From the human T2T-CHM13v2.0 reference genome, Homo sapiens, in assembly GCA_009914755.4 (NCBI GenBank), contig CP068257.2:20864001-20928000 (forward strand): DNA of 64,000 bases, in the 5' to 3' direction. Shown here in pieces: positions 29,831 through 44,740 of the stretch (positions are counted from its first letter, which is position 1; every line of letters starts with the position of its first letter). The notes under the pieces are model-generated. The model made no database searches, was not told the DNA's origin, and saw only the letters and a list, made by a program, of their open reading frames with translations. The translations under genes and the position numbers were made by a program.

Positions 29831-32361
29831 GTTCATTACATTGGATTTTCTTTGTAAGAAGTTTTTAGGGGCATGCTAAAGTTGAAAACTAAAGACCCTT
29901 ACTGCCCACCACAAAACGCACTTAAGTACATAGACAATTGACATTATGAAGCCACTATGCAAACAAGTCTGCAAAACAACCAACTACCAGTGTGATGACA
30001 GGATCAAATACCCACATATAAACTGTAACCTTGAACATAGTAATAAATGGGCTAAACATACACTTTTAAAAGCAGAGAGGGTAAAGTTGGATAAAGAAGC
30101 AAAACCCAACCATATGCTGTCTTCATGATACCCATATCATACGCAAGAACGCACATCAGCTAAAAGTAAAGGGATAGAGAAAATTCTATCAAGCAAATGA
30201 AAAAAAAAACAGCAAAAAAAGGAGGGGCTGCCATTTTTATTTCAAACAAAATAGACTTTAAACCAACAATTATCAAAAAAGACAAAGAAGAACATTACAT
30301 AATGATAAAGCATTTAATTCCATAAGACTTAACTATACTAAATATAAGTGCACCCAACACTAGGACACCTAGATTCATTAAACAAGTTCTTAGAAATCTA
30401 GGAAGAGATCTAGATATCTAGGGAATTTAGATAACTACGCAGTAATAGTGGGAGACTTAAAACACACCACTGACAGTATTAGACAGATCACCAAGGCAGA
30501 AAATAAAAAAAAAGGATATTTGGTACCTAAACTAAACACTTGACCAAATGAACCTAATAGATAAATACAGAACACTGCACCCAACAACAAGATAATATAA
30601 ATTTTTCTCACCTGTACATGGCACATATGCTAAAATCAACCACACATTCAGCCACAAAGAAATTCTCAACAATTTTTTTAAACCTGGAAATCATAACAAC
30701 CATACTCTCAGACCACAACTAAATTAAAAACAAAAATCAATACTAAGAAGATCTCACAAAACCATACAATTACATGAAAATAAAACTTATCTGATTCTCA
30801 ATGACATTTGGGTAAAGAATGAAATTAAAGCAGAAATCAAGAAATTCTTTGAAACTAAAGAAAATGAAGGTACAACATATCAGAATCTCTGGGACTCAAC
30901 TCAGGCAGTGCTAAATGCCCACATCAAAAGTTAGAAAGATCTCAAATAACCAGCCTAACATCACACCTAAAGGAATGAGAAAACAAGAGCAAACCAACCT
31001 CAAGGCTAGCAGAACAAAATAACCAAAATCAGAATTGAGCTGAACAAAATTGACATTTGAAAAATCCAACAAGATATCAACTAAACCAAAAGTTGGTCAT
31101 TTGAAATAATAAAATTAACAGACCCTCAGCTAGACTAATAAAGAAAAAAAAAGAGAGAGAAATACAAATATTTTAGAAATGACAAAGGAGACATTTCCAC
31201 AGACCCCACAGAAATACAGGAAAAAAAAAAAACCTCTTTATGCACACAACCTAGAAAACCTAGAAGAAATGGATACATTTCTGCAACACTTCCCAGATTG
31301 AACCAGGAAGAAATTGAAACATGGAATTGACCAATAATGAGTTCCAAAATTGAATTAAAAATAAAAACCCTACAAACCAGAAAAAACCCTTGAACAGACA
31401 GATTCATAGCCAAATTCTACTGGACATATAAAGAACAGTTGGTGACAACACTATTGAAACTATTTCAAAAAATTTGAGGATGGACTCCTCCCTGACTTAT
31501 TATCTGAGTCCAGTGTCATTCTCATACCACCAACTGGCAGAGACCCAACAAAAAAATTAAAACTTCAGGTCAATATTCCTGATATTTCCCAACAATATAG
31601 TAGTCAATCAAATCAGTTGCACATCAAAGAGCCAATAGATTACAATCAAGTAGGTTTATTTCTGGGAGGTAGAGTTGGTTCAACATATGCAAATCAGTAC
31701 ATATGATTCATTACATAAACAGAACTAAAAAAATGATCATTTCAATAGATGCACAGAAGACTTTTGATAAAATTCAACATCCCTTCATGTTAAAAACTGT
31801 CAAAGCTAGGCATTGAAATAAAATGCCACAAAATAAGAAGAGCCATCTATAACAAACCAATAGCTAATGTCATACTGAATGAACAAAAGCAGAAAACATT
31901 CCCCTTGAGAACCAGAACAAGACAAGGATGCCCAATCTCTCTACTTCCATTCAACATAGTACTGGAAACCCAGCACAGTAAAGCAAGAGAAATATGTAGC
32001 ACTCATCCAAATAGTAAGAGAGAAAGGCAGACAATCTCTTTTCACAGACAATAAAATTCTAAACATAGAAAACCATATAGACTTTACCAAAAAGTCTCCT
32101 AGACTTGATAAACATCTTCAGCAAAGTTTCAGGATACGAAAACAGTGTACAAAAATCAGTACCATTCCTATACACCAACAACATCCAAGCTGAAATCCTA
32201 ATCAGGAACACAATTCCATTCACGATTCCTGCAAAAAGAATAAAATATCTAGGAATACAGCTAACCAGGGAGGTCATCTTAAAATTCTTTACAAGGAGAA
32301 TTACAAAACACTGCTAACAGAATTTAGAGATGACACAAACAAATGGAGAAACATTCCATGC

Positions 32362-32775
32362 TTGTGGATAGGAAAAATCAATATTGTTAAAATGGACATA
32401 CTTCCCAAAGCAATCTACAGATTAAATGATGTTTCTATCAAACTATCAATAACGATTTTCACAGAATCAGCAGCAAACTATTCTAAAATGCATATGGAAC
32501 AAAACAGGAACCTGAATAGCCAAAACAATGTTAAGCAAAAAGACAAAGCCAGAAGCATCACACTACCTCACTTCAAACTACACTACAAAGCTATGGTAAC
32601 CAAAACTGCATGGTACTGGTACATAATCAGATACATGGACGAATGGAACAGAAAACAGAGCCCAGAAATTAAGCTGCACACCTACTACACCCATCTAATC
32701 TTCAACAAGGTTGACAAAAAAAGCAATGAGGAAAGAACTCCCTATTTAAAAAACGGTGCAGGGATAATTGGCTAG
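32362..32775 (+). pseudogene. L1 ORF2 fragment
   Basis: 137-aa ORF …GKINIVKMDILPKAIYRLNDVSIKLSITIFTE…SITLPHFKLHYKAMVTKTAWYWY… = L1 ORF2 C-terminal region. Confidence 0.8.
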
Positions 32776-32993
32776 TTATATGCAGAAGATTGAAACTGGA
32801 CTCCTTGCTTTTGCCACATACAAAATCAACTCAAGAAGAATTAAAGACTTAAATGTAAAACACAAATCTATAAAAATCCTAGAAGAAAATGTAGGAAATA
32901 CTCTTCTGGATATGGGCACTAGCAAATATTTCATGACAAAGACACCAAAACCAAGAGTAATCAAAACAAAAATTGACAAATGGACCTAATTAA

Positions 32994-33290
<297 letters not shown>

Positions 33291-35232
33291 ACAAATGGAC
33301 CTAATTAATTAAAGAGCTTCTGCGCATCAAAAGACATAACAGAGTAAAGAGAAAATCTACAGAATGGAAGAAAACGTTTGCAAATTATGCATATGAGAAA
33401 GGTCTAATATCCAGAGTCTATAAGAAACTTAAATTAACATACAAAAACCAAACAACCCATTTAAAAATGGGCAAGAACATGAACAGGCACTTCTGAAAAA
33501 AAGACATACATGAAGCCAACAAGAATATGAAAGAATTTTCAACATCACTAATCATTAGAGAAATGCAAATCAAAACCACGATGAGATATCATTTCACACT
33601 AGTCAGAATGGCTATTATTAAAGAGTAAAATCAACAGATACTGGTGAGGTTGCAGAGATAAGGGAATGCTTATAGACAGCTGGTGGGAATGTAAATTAGT
33701 TCAGCCACTTGAAAAGCAGTTTGGAGACTTATCAAAGGATTTAAAACAGAACAAACATTCGACCCAGCAATCTCACTACTGTATATATACTCTATGCAAT
33801 ATAAATCATTCTCCCATAAAGACACATGCAAGTGTATGTCCATTGCTGTACTTTTCAAAATAGCAAAGACATGGAATCAATCTAGATGTCGAGCAGTGGT
33901 GGACTGGATAATAAAACTGAGGTTCATATTCACTATAGAATACTATGTAGCAATAAAAACCAAAATCATATCTTTTGCAACAATACAGATGGAGCTGGAG
34001 GCCATTAGTCTAAGCAAATTAACACAGGAACAGAATGCCAAATACCACTTCTTCTCTCTTGTAAGTGGGAGCTAAACATTGAGTGCACATGGGGAAAAAA
34101 AAAGGGGAACAATAGATATTGGGGTCTACATGAGGGTGGAGGGCGAGGAGAAGGTGAGGAACAAAACACTATCTATCAGGCACTATGCTCATTACCTGGG
34201 CGATGAAATAATCTGCACACCAAACCCTCACACCATGCAATTTATATGTGCAATAAACCTACACATGTACAACCTCAACCTAAATTACAGCTGGAAGACA
34301 AGAGAGATCATCTCTCATATCAAGGACCAGGAAAATCACAACTTGAATGGGAAAGAAACAATTAGATAACAGTGACACGAAAGGAAATCATCTACTAGAA
34401 TTATATGCCAAACATTTTAAAGTAAATATCATGAAAATAATTCAACTAGCAATTATAAGTTATCTTGAAACAAATTAAGAAATGGAAAAAAGCAAAAATT
34501 ACAATTTATAAAAGAGAGTCAATAGAAATTATAGAATGAAAAATAAAGTAACAAATGAAAAGCTCATCAAAATAGATAATATTTGTAATCATAGGACAGT
34601 CCTCAACAAATATAAAATAATTAAAAATTTTACAGAGATTGCATTCTCTGGCCATAATGAAATCATATTAGAAATCAATAACGAAAGGACAACAAAAAAT
34701 CTTTATGCACTTGGAAATTAAACTACAAAAACACATATAAATAATCCACGCATCAAAAGAAAAGTATCAAAGGAAATTCAAACAAACAAAAAACATAAAT
34801 ATGTAAAATTTAGTGGAAATGATAATACAACATCTCAAAATAAGTTGGATATAATTAAAGCATTGCTGAGATCATTGCACACACTAACAAAGAAGAAAGG
34901 TGTAAAGTCGTTAACCTAAGTTCTGACATCAGGAAAATGAAAAGAAAGAAGTAAGTACTTTATGGTGAAAGACTAAATGCCTTTCCACTAAGACCAAGAA
35001 GAAAGAAAGGTTCTCTCCTTTTCTGATTCTTGTTTAATGAGAAAACGCACACGCAAAAAGAAGTAAAAGGCAAACAGATGGGAAATAAAAATAAAAATAA
35101 AACTTTCTTTGAAAATGACATAATTCTCTGTGTAGGGAGAATTTACAAATAATCTCCTAGAACTAATAGGGACATTCAGCAATGTTGCAAGACATATGAT
35201 CAACAAATATGTCATTCACATTTTAATATAAA

Positions 35233-35671
35233 TAGTTTACCCTTAAACAGCACAGGTTTAAACTGTGTGGGTCCACTTATATGCAGATTTTCTTCAACCT
35301 CTGTCATCCCTGAGCTGGCAAGTTTAACCCCACCTCTTCCACCGTCTTCTCAGTTTATTCAATGTGAAGACTCAATGTGTAGATGAATATCTGTGAAGAT
35401 CCACTTCCACTAAATGAATAGTAAATATATTTTATTTTCCTTATGGCTTCCTTAATAACATTTTATTTTTGCTAGTCATTTTATTGTAAGAATACATTAT
35501 ATAATACATATACAAAATATGTAAGAACGGACTATGTTATTGGTAAGGCTGCTGGTCAACAGTAGGTTATTAATAGTTAAGTTTTAGGGGAGTCAAAAGT
35601 TGTTGCATATAGATTTTGGACCGTGCAGGGGACAGTTCTCTTAACTCCTGCCTCATTTAAGGGTCGACTAT
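35233..35671. mobile_element. Tigger-family (TcMar) nonautonomous DNA transposon remnant (Tigger2/MER-like)
   Basis: tagtttacccttaaacagcacaggtttaaactgtgtgggtccacttatatgcagattttc ~ consensus cagttgacccttgaacaacacgggtttgaactgcgcgggtccacttatacgcggatttt; …ttattgtaagaatacattatataatacatatacaaaatatgt…ggtcaacagtaggttattaatagttaagttttaggggagtcaaaagtt…. Confidence 0.6.
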
Positions 35672-35689
35672 ACTAACAATGAATATGTG

Positions 35690-36300
35690 AAGAACAAAAA
35701 TTAAAAACTACAATGCCATTTTCAATTGCTCCAATGACAATGAAATCCTTGAGTAGACACTTAAAGTATGTATAAGATCTATATTCTGTAAACTAAAAAA
35801 TTCTAACAAAAGAAATCAAAGAAGATGTAAATACGTGGAGACATACCATACTAAGATTCAACAAAGTGAAGATGTCAATTCTCTTGAAATTCATCTCTAA
35901 GTTTAATGAATTTCAAGAAAAAATTCCAGTTTGGCTCATTTTAGATATAGCCAATCTCACTCAAAGATATCATATGAAAAGATCCAATCTCTTTTAGCTA
36001 AAACACTGTTGAGGAAAAGGGGAAGGAATCACCTTACCTGACATTATGGCCTGCTGTATAGCTACAGTGGTCAAGACAATGTTGCATTGGTAAGGGGACA
36101 GACCAATAGATCAGGAATATGGCACAGAATACAGGATTCAATTCCCACTACCCCACATCTGCAGAATTCCAGCCTGAGAAGCCATTGGTGTGTAACACAG
36201 ACAAAGGACCACCTTGGAAGTGAAGCCACTGCAGAGAATTCCTTCGGGAAAGGGGCCCAGGCAGAGAGCTTCTTTGAGGATGGAGTTTCCCAAAGCCATA
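35690..36300 (+). mobile_element. Ancient L1 (L1M-type) ORF2 fragment
   Basis: …ggagacataccatactaagattcaacaaagtgaagatgtcaattctc…gctaaaacactgttgaggaaaaggggaaggaatcaccttacctgacatt… collinear with L1 ORF2 (…ggagagacataccatgttcatggattggaagactcaacatagtaaagatgtcaattctcc…gccaaaacaattttgaaaaagaagaacaaagttggaggactcacactacctgatttc…). Confidence 0.6.
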
Positions 36301-36317
36301 ACGTCAAGACCCCCCAT

Positions 36318-36439
36318 CCCAGAATCCGAGGAAGGCAGAACCTCTGCCCCAGTGTTTCCTAAAGGCAAGACCCCCGCCACAGTGGGTCCAGAAGGTGGGA
36401 CTGCAGACCCATGGCGTCTAGAGGGCAGAACATTAAGCC
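36318..36439. repeat. Degenerate ~30-bp tandem repeat x4 (GC-rich)
   Basis: tcccagaatccgaggaaggcagaacctctgcccc / agtgtttcctaaaggcaagacccccgccac / agtgggtccagaaggtgggactgcagaccc / atggcgtctagagggcagaacattaagcc. Confidence 0.5.
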
Positions 36440-37613
36440 AACGAAGACCATTCTCAAGCCTTTAGTTTAATATTACTTGCTCTGTTGGCTTTGGGACTTA
36501 CTTCTTACGTTTTACTTCTGTTTTTTCGTTTTTTAATTTTTGTTTGTTTGTTTGTATTCCTCACATTTGGAATGGAATGTTTGTCCTTCAACCATTCTAT
36601 CACTATGTTTTCAAAACACATAACCTGTTTGATTACATGGTCTCACACTGTAGGAAAACATGCTCAGGATGAATGTACCTTGAGTCTCATCCATGTATGA
36701 TTTAGAAAGTATTTAGATGAGGCTTTAGACTAGATTTCTGAATTAATGCTGGATAAGTTAAGACTATTGTGGATATTGGGATGGCTTGAATGCATTTTGC
36801 AGTGAGAAGGATATAAATTTGAGAACACATAATCATGTTTACTCAAAGGGCATGATTTCTTTCTGTCTGACACTCCAGCTAATGTCACAACACTTTCCAG
36901 TTTACTTTTTGGGCACGAAGTACATTAATTTTCTTTTAGTCTCTTTAGTCTTTCTTGAGCAGAGATTTCTAACTCGTCATAACCCATTGCATCTTACCGG
37001 GCACTCTAGAGGTCTACATTTCCTCTTTCTTTTGCAGTTAGTTTGGGCCGTGTTACTCTTATTTGGGGTTTTACTTCCAGGCTGTGTTTAAAGCTACTTA
37101 GATGATTTCTTCCACCATCTTTGCTCCTTTTCTCTGTTGACCCACACATGCAGAATTTCCAGAAAATGAATCTCAGAGACCCGACTTAAGAGTTACTCAG
37201 AATAGAATGAGAAATAAATGTCCTGGGTTGATACTCTTAGTCTTCATTACCCTCCGTAATACAAAAACATCGCTCATCCCAGGACCACTGCGTTTGTCAC
37301 ACCATTTGTCTGAGATTCTCCTCCACTTAGTTCTCACTTGTCTACTGTTCTTCCTTCATTTTGGGTTTTGGCTCAAAATTACTTTGTCAAAAAGGCCCTG
37401 TTTTATTGACTGTTAGGTAACAATGGTTATTTAGTCTTTTCACACACACTATTTCCCTTTATTGCACCTACCAAATATACAACGAATGTTTATTTGTGCA
37501 GTCATTTTTAAAAATATGTGTTTTCTTACAAGACTGCACATTTCATAAAATATGATTTATTCAAAAGTCACTCCCCTGTTCCAGCAGAAATATATAGATG
37601 ATAAGGAAAATTA

Positions 37614-37895
37614 TCACCCCTGTAATCCCAGCACTTTGGAAGGTGGAGGCAGCTGGATTGCTTGAGCCCAGGAGTTTGATGCTAGCCTGGGTAACATGGC
37701 AAAACACTGTTTCTACCAACAACAACAACAAAAATAGCCAGCAGGGGTGGCTCGTGTCTGTAGTCCCAGGTACTCAGCTGAGGTGGGAGGATTGACTGAT
37801 CCCAGGAGGTCAAGGCTGCAGCAGTGAGCTGTGATCTTGCCACTGCCCTCCTGCCTGGGTGACAGAGTGAGACCCTGTCTCAAAAAAAAAAAAAA
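37614..37895 (+). mobile_element. Alu, 5'-truncated, older (AluJ-like), with A-tail
   Basis: cacccctgtaatcccagcactttggaaggtggaggcagctggattgcttgagcccaggagtttgatgctagcctgggtaacatggcaaaac…gagaccctgtctc(A)15. Confidence 0.85.
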
Positions 37896-38501
37896 GCCAC
37901 CATTTTATGTAGCATGTAATAAACGAGCACAATGAGGAACTTGAGTGTAAAAATTTTAAAAAGAAAAGTATGATGATGATAAAATGAACCACTAAAACTA
38001 AGAACAATAAGTGAAAAAAAATCACTTTTTTCTGAGTGGGAGAAACAAAGGTATAGAGACGGTCTTGCTAAAGGAAAATTGTAAATTTAAGTAGCAATAA
38101 AGAACGTGGCATAATTTTCTCCAGCAGTATTCAGTGGCAGAGGAAAAATATATGCATGCAAGTAGTTTGGTTGATTGAATCTGTGGACAGAAAAAAATAA
38201 AAAAGAAAACCAATTGATGAATTGTGGGAAACTATTTCAAGCAATGGCCCGGGTCTTCTGGAGGTATTAGGGAATATTACAGCATGAAATGACATATCTT
38301 AATAAAGAAGTTTAGAGAGAATAAGAAAACAGTATAGTCGAATATTGTTATAGTAACTACAATAATTAACTACAACAATTCATCATTATATTCAAAGACA
38401 GAGACCAAAAGATCATATTGAAACCAATCCAATAGTCTCATGGACAGTTGTTTTTGGATAAACATAGAAATTGCCCCTTTCTGGTCTTAAAACTTGAAGC
38501 C

Positions 38502-38829
<328 letters not shown>

Positions 38830-39263
38830 TCAGGAAAGTATCCCCCAGGCATCTCAAAAAGTGTTAAAGAACTGAAACTCACCAGATCACCACTTACTGA
38901 CAATGAGATGTAGGACCCGTCATTCATCATGCTTGTTTCCTTGCCCCTCCCTAGCTCCTGTTTTCATACACATTGTTACATTTATTCTCTGCTATATAAA
39001 TTTCCTAGTTTGAGTTGGTCAGGGAGATGGATTTGAGACTGTATTCCTATCCCCTCAGCTGCGGCAGCAGATGGAAACCTTCTTCCTTGGCAATATTTGT
39101 CATCTCAGTGATTGGCTTTCTGTGCAGCAAGCAGCAGGACATAGACTAAACCTCTGGTATTTTGGTAACAACATGTAGTACACCAGACTTGATTACAGAA
39201 AGAAGAAAGAAACTACAGGGCAAAAATAAAAGACTGAGGGGAAGAGGCCCAATGAATTTTCAT

Positions 39264-39582
<319 letters not shown>

Positions 39583-42500
39583 TAGCCAAATAAGTTTTCA
39601 AAGTAGGTGTTTTCCCAAGAAATATGAGAGAATTTGGGAAAAAAATTAATGTTACTGGCAATACTTTTCAAATAAATGTATATTGATAAGATTGTATATA
39701 TTAAATATTCATACGGCATAACAATTTATTCTACTGTGATAATGAAAAAGCAGGAGCTTCTTATTCATAGAAACCAAATTGTTACATTATTAAAGCTCTA
39801 AGGGTTTTTATAGATTTTGTAGGCCTCCCTTCCTATTATGGATGGTTTGGAAAGGAGAGCTCAATAAAATTATGAACTTTCTAGATTGCAAAACATTTCT
39901 GCATGGCCTTGTCTTTTTCCATTTCATTTTGTTTTTCATTATTACACAAATAAACTAAATAATTGAGTAATTACTTCTGAATTATCTTCAAAAAAGCATT
40001 CTACTTAAGGAACAAGTGTAAGATTTAAGCATATATTTAATTTTTAAAGAATTCAATATTTATATATGCACATATTAAAAACTCAGATGAATAAGTTTGA
40101 TATAGAATATATTTAGTAGTAACAAAGGAAATTAAATGTTGTAAGTAATTCAAGTAGGAGATTATAACCATAAAATACATGATAGGAATTTGAAATGAAT
40201 GCTTTTCTTGACCAGAAGAATGGATATAGGAAATTCCATTTGAAGATAATGATGATGTGGATCTAATTTTAAAAAAAATGAAATACCAGGTTCACTAAAG
40301 CCTCCTTCTGCTTGCAGAAATTAAAATAGAGTTTAAATCTGTAATCAGTATATGTTGTTCCCTTTCTAACATTTCTTAAAGCCATAAATAATTTTAATGA
40401 CATGATCTTTCTATCTGTTCGTTTTTATGTTAGTATATACTCAGACACTTAAATAAATATAACACAGGAAAGAGATGAGCCATTAGTAATAAACAAAGGG
40501 ATTTAAATTTGAGAAAGAACAATTAACACTTCTATATTCATTTTTAATCATTCACTTATCAGAATGCATTAAATCATCAGAATTGTGCTGACTTACATAA
40601 ATTTCCAACTTTAGTTGTAGCACTTCATCGATGGAGTCATGATGAATATCTTAGAAAATCCCATTTGTTAACAAATATGTGACCTTATTAATACAGAAAA
40701 TGTCAATTAGAAATATTATTATAACTAGAAATGTACTGTAAATCAGATATTTGGTATTCTCTGCAAAAAAAAATCATTAACAGTACAGGCTTAATGGAAT
40801 TTGTGAAGAAACTTTGCAACTTTGGTAATTATTAATTAACACTGAATACAATAAAACCTATATGGGAACTATTGGCTAGTTTTGCACATATAATCAATGA
40901 ACTGCGTCAGTCAAATTTATATTCAGTTGTAGACAAAAGTGCTGTGTAAGAATCATTATAAATTAATTAGTACTTAACATTTAATTGAAATGAGCACAAT
41001 GAAACATTTTGTTTTCGGAAAGTAAGCTTATAAGCTATGAACAATTTTATTTGCTTTTCACTCTCCATTTCACTCCTCAAACACTGTTTAAAATTAGGTC
41101 TACAAACAAAAACAAAACTGTCACTCATTTTTTTTCAACTTAACACTCACCACTACCAACCGCAGAATTCTTATTACTGTAGCGAAAATTTAGTGTATGA
41201 AAAGTATGAGATCAAAAAGTAAACTCAATGAATGATGAGCTCTAAGATCCAGTCACCCACGCTTTACAATTTTATTGTTTAAGCCTTGTCATTGGCTCTT
41301 GGTTTCCTTGAGTACAATCTCTCCTTCTCATTCAGCATGTCTACAGATGCTCCTCTTAAGTTTTCCTAACCACTGTTCACAGATACATTTGGGGAGAATC
41401 TTCTATAGGATGCTTAACTAATACAGTTTGTTGATGGACTCTTGTTAGTCTTCCTCTTATTTCTAAAACGATAGAAAAAATTTCATCAATTAGCAACATA
41501 TTGACCCTCTATTCCATAGTGGTTTCAATGGTCTACAACAATAAAGGTCAAATAAATTTAACTCATTGTAATAATAGGCATAATGGACACTATAGTTCCA
41601 GTATTATAGAACTCTCTAGTTCAACATTGTTACCCTCATGTTCTAACAAAATTTTGTCTCTACCAAGCTGAAAATTTTCAGCTGTGATCAAACCACAGCA
41701 AATTCAGAACCTCTAGGGCTACTAGATTTTGGCATGGTATAGTTCCATCGTATTAAGCAGTGTTTATTTATATGAATGGTATAGATTTATGCCTGAATAA
41801 GTCATGTTTAATCCAACTGTAGCTTAATGATGGCAGTATAATTTGGAAGTCATCACCACAAAGCATGAGAGTATAAGGAAAACACAGGAAATCAAGAGAG
41901 CCAGATTTCAGCATGGATATAGAAACAAACAATATGAATCCTGCTCCGGTTGCTTAGGTTTTCAAGGCCTTAGATTTTCCATCTTAACAGTAAACATATG
42001 TTCTTGAATGTCTCTAATATCCATTTAAATGACAATCATACATTCCATTTTGGTAGTGACTTTAAGACCCATTATTTATTATGCCACATAGTGGTGTTTA
42101 TCCGCTATAAGGATACTGCCTACCAGTTGACATTTTCCAATTTTAACCAACAGCTCTATTTGATAGAAGTATATGGCAGCATATAAACTAGAGTATTTTT
42201 ACATTTTAAAAATATTTATTTTAGGGTTGCTAATTCATTTTGAGTTTTAATATTTATAATATTCATATCCAACATTTTCAGGACAGGTTTAAACACATGT
42301 ACATGTGCAGTATTTTACCATTTTATACAATCAAGTGGTGTTTTTTGCATAGTGATCCATCTTATTTTTATTTCTCATTGGGCTGCAAATCAAGTAACAC
42401 TTTGCAAACAGCAATGTGATCATTGAAACAGTTTTTAGCTTGGTAATTGTAGCTCATGCCTTCACTGTCATCTGAAACTGAGACTAACGGTCTTCCTTAT

Positions 42501-44055
42501 AAAGATATCTGCTTATTGATTTTGCAAAGGTTGAACAGAAGAAGCTTTACTCTTTTTGGTAACTGTAACAAGCACTACCTGCCTATATTGATTACTTACT
42601 CTCAATGTTATAGCAAATTACTATTGTGAAAACATAATGATGCTGAACATTTGTGCTCAGATGATAGGGTAATGTTTAAACACTGTGTGTCCTGTTCTTT
42701 GCAGATTTACTAATAACCTCTTTAATCATTTCTGTTCAAAATACCATGGACTCTAAAGCAGAAGCTAGCCTAATGGCACAACTAATATAGGAAGCATAAC
42801 ATTTAATAACTTCAAAAGAAATAGCATCAATTGCTTTCCATCCTTTAGATAGCATGTCAGATTTTTACAAATAGTATTTATAATAAACCGAAAATAAATT
42901 TATAGAAACTTTAATTCTATTTCTACTCTTTTCTTCTTAAGCCAGCATTGGCGAATGTGATGGTTTATGTTTTCTGACATGAATTATATGCTTAAAGAAT
43001 ATATTTTAATGAAAACACATAAATATTTCTAAAATAAGCACATTTTAATTTAAAGGCTTATGGAATCATATGTGTTGGAATAAGACGTCACTTGAAAAAA
43101 GCTCAATGTGGGGAATTTATGAAGATTATCATGAAAGACATTGTATCTCATCATAAAAATTATATTTAAAAATTTTTTCCTTTTAAAAACAACAATTCAT
43201 CTATTATATGGATTGAATTAGTTTAAATAAAAATAATTATTTGGGATAAAATTATCATCTTATTATAATATCATTATTATAGATAGGAAATACTACTTAA
43301 ACGGATTTGAATAAAACAATAAGACTATTTAATAAGAAAAATATCTAAAACTATTATAAGCAAATGTGAAAAATAAAAGTTATATATGATAAAAGTTACA
43401 ATTCTTAGAAAATACATTATGCTGTATTGTAATACAATATAAACACTAGCTCACTTAAGAGTATTAGCCAGTAGATTTATGTAATATTTTGTGTTGTTGC
43501 TCTTTGTTAATTTTATTTCCATTTTTCTCAGTCTTACTTTTACTTTCTATTGATTGCATCCATTTAGAAACAAAATAATGACTATAGTCTTATTATCATT
43601 ATTTATTTGGACCTAAAATAACCAGGCCTAATTATATCAACCTGGACCCAAAACAATAACCACTTCTGAATTGGACTTTTTGTAATCAGTTGTGTATTCA
43701 ATATTTTAAAACATTTATTAATTATCTAATATAGTTCATGTGTTAGAAAATTGGTTGACTATATGATGATACTAATAACACACAATATATTTGTTTTAAG
43801 AGAACATAAATTCTGTAACAGTAATATAAAAATAAAAGAATCAATATAAAAGAATCTGTAAGGATGCATTTAAGTTTGCCTGCAAAATTCAGAACAGGTT
43901 TCTAAGATGAGGATTATTTAAGCTGAGCCTCACTATGCTTTTTCATTGATTAATAATTGATTTACAAAATCAAGTGTTTGATGTGTCCAAAGTCATGTAA
44001 GTTTAAACTGATGCTTTTGTGCATCAATTTCATAAATCATCATTAAAAAGAGTTG

Positions 44056-44400
44056 ATCATATATAACTTTTTAATTTTTAATTTTTAAATTAATTAATTA
44101 ATTAATTTATTTATTTTTGAGACAGATTCTCACTGTGTCGCCCAGGCTGGAGTGTAATGGAACGATTTCGGCTCGCTGCAATCTCCGCCTCCTGGGTTCA
44201 CCGCCATTCTCCAGCCTCAGCCTCCCGAATAGCTGGGACTACAGGCACATGCCACCACACCCAGCTGATTTTTGTATTTTTAGTAGAGACGGGGGTTTCA
44301 CCATGTTGGCCAGGATGGTCTCGATCTCTTGACCTCATGATCCGCCCGCCTCGGCCTCTCAAAGTGCTGGGATTACAGGTGTGAGCCACCGTGCCCGGCC
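44056..44400 (-). mobile_element. Alu antisense with long degenerated tail turned into (TTAA)n/(TTTA)n; 12-bp TSD taaaaagagttg
   Basis: tail atcatatataactttttaatttttaatttttaaattaattaattaattaatttatttattttt + gagacagattctcactgtgtcgcccaggctggagtgtaatgg…gtgtgagccaccgtgcccggcc; TSD at 44044-44055 and 44401-44412. Confidence 0.9.
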
Positions 44401-44482
44401 TAAAAAGAGTTGTACATACATAATTTATTTAATGTATTTCTTAAGATGTTTGATATTTTTAAAAATTAGTTTTGTTATTAAA

Positions 44483-44612
44483 TGAGAGGTGAGAAATTGC
44501 TTAATGGGTACAATGTACGTTATTCGGGTGATGGGTACCCTAAAGCCCAGACTTCACCACTACATGATGTCCATGTAACAAAATTGTACCCCTGAAATCT
44601 ATTTTTCAAAAG
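44483..44612 (+). mobile_element. L1 3'UTR terminal fragment (~130 bp)
   Basis: gagaggtgagaaattgcttaatgggtacaatgtacgttattcgggtgatgggtaccctaaagcccagacttcaccactacatgatgtccatgtaacaaaattgtacccctgaaatctattt = L1 3' end consensus. Confidence 0.8.
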
Positions 44613-44740
44613 TTAACACATTCAATTTTTAGAGCAGTTTTAGGTTCACAGTAAAACTGAATAAAAAGTTCAGAGTTCCCATACACTCCCTGCCCTACCC
44701 ACATACAACCTCCCACACTATTCATTGACTTTTCTCATAC
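44613..44740 (-). mobile_element. Possible ancient L1M 3'-end fragment (antisense)
   Basis: caatttttagagcagttttaggttcacagtaaaactgaataaaaagttcagagttcccatacactccctgccc resembles antisense L1M 3' terminus ttttagagcagttttaggttcacagcaaaattgag…. Confidence 0.4.

Noticed and set aside
36071-36465. Cluster of four 78-91-aa ORFs on both strands
   Set aside because: The ORFs overlap on opposite strands in a GC-rich patch that is contiguous with an L1M fragment and a 30-bp tandem repeat. This is the pattern expected from stop-codon-poor GC-rich non-coding DNA.
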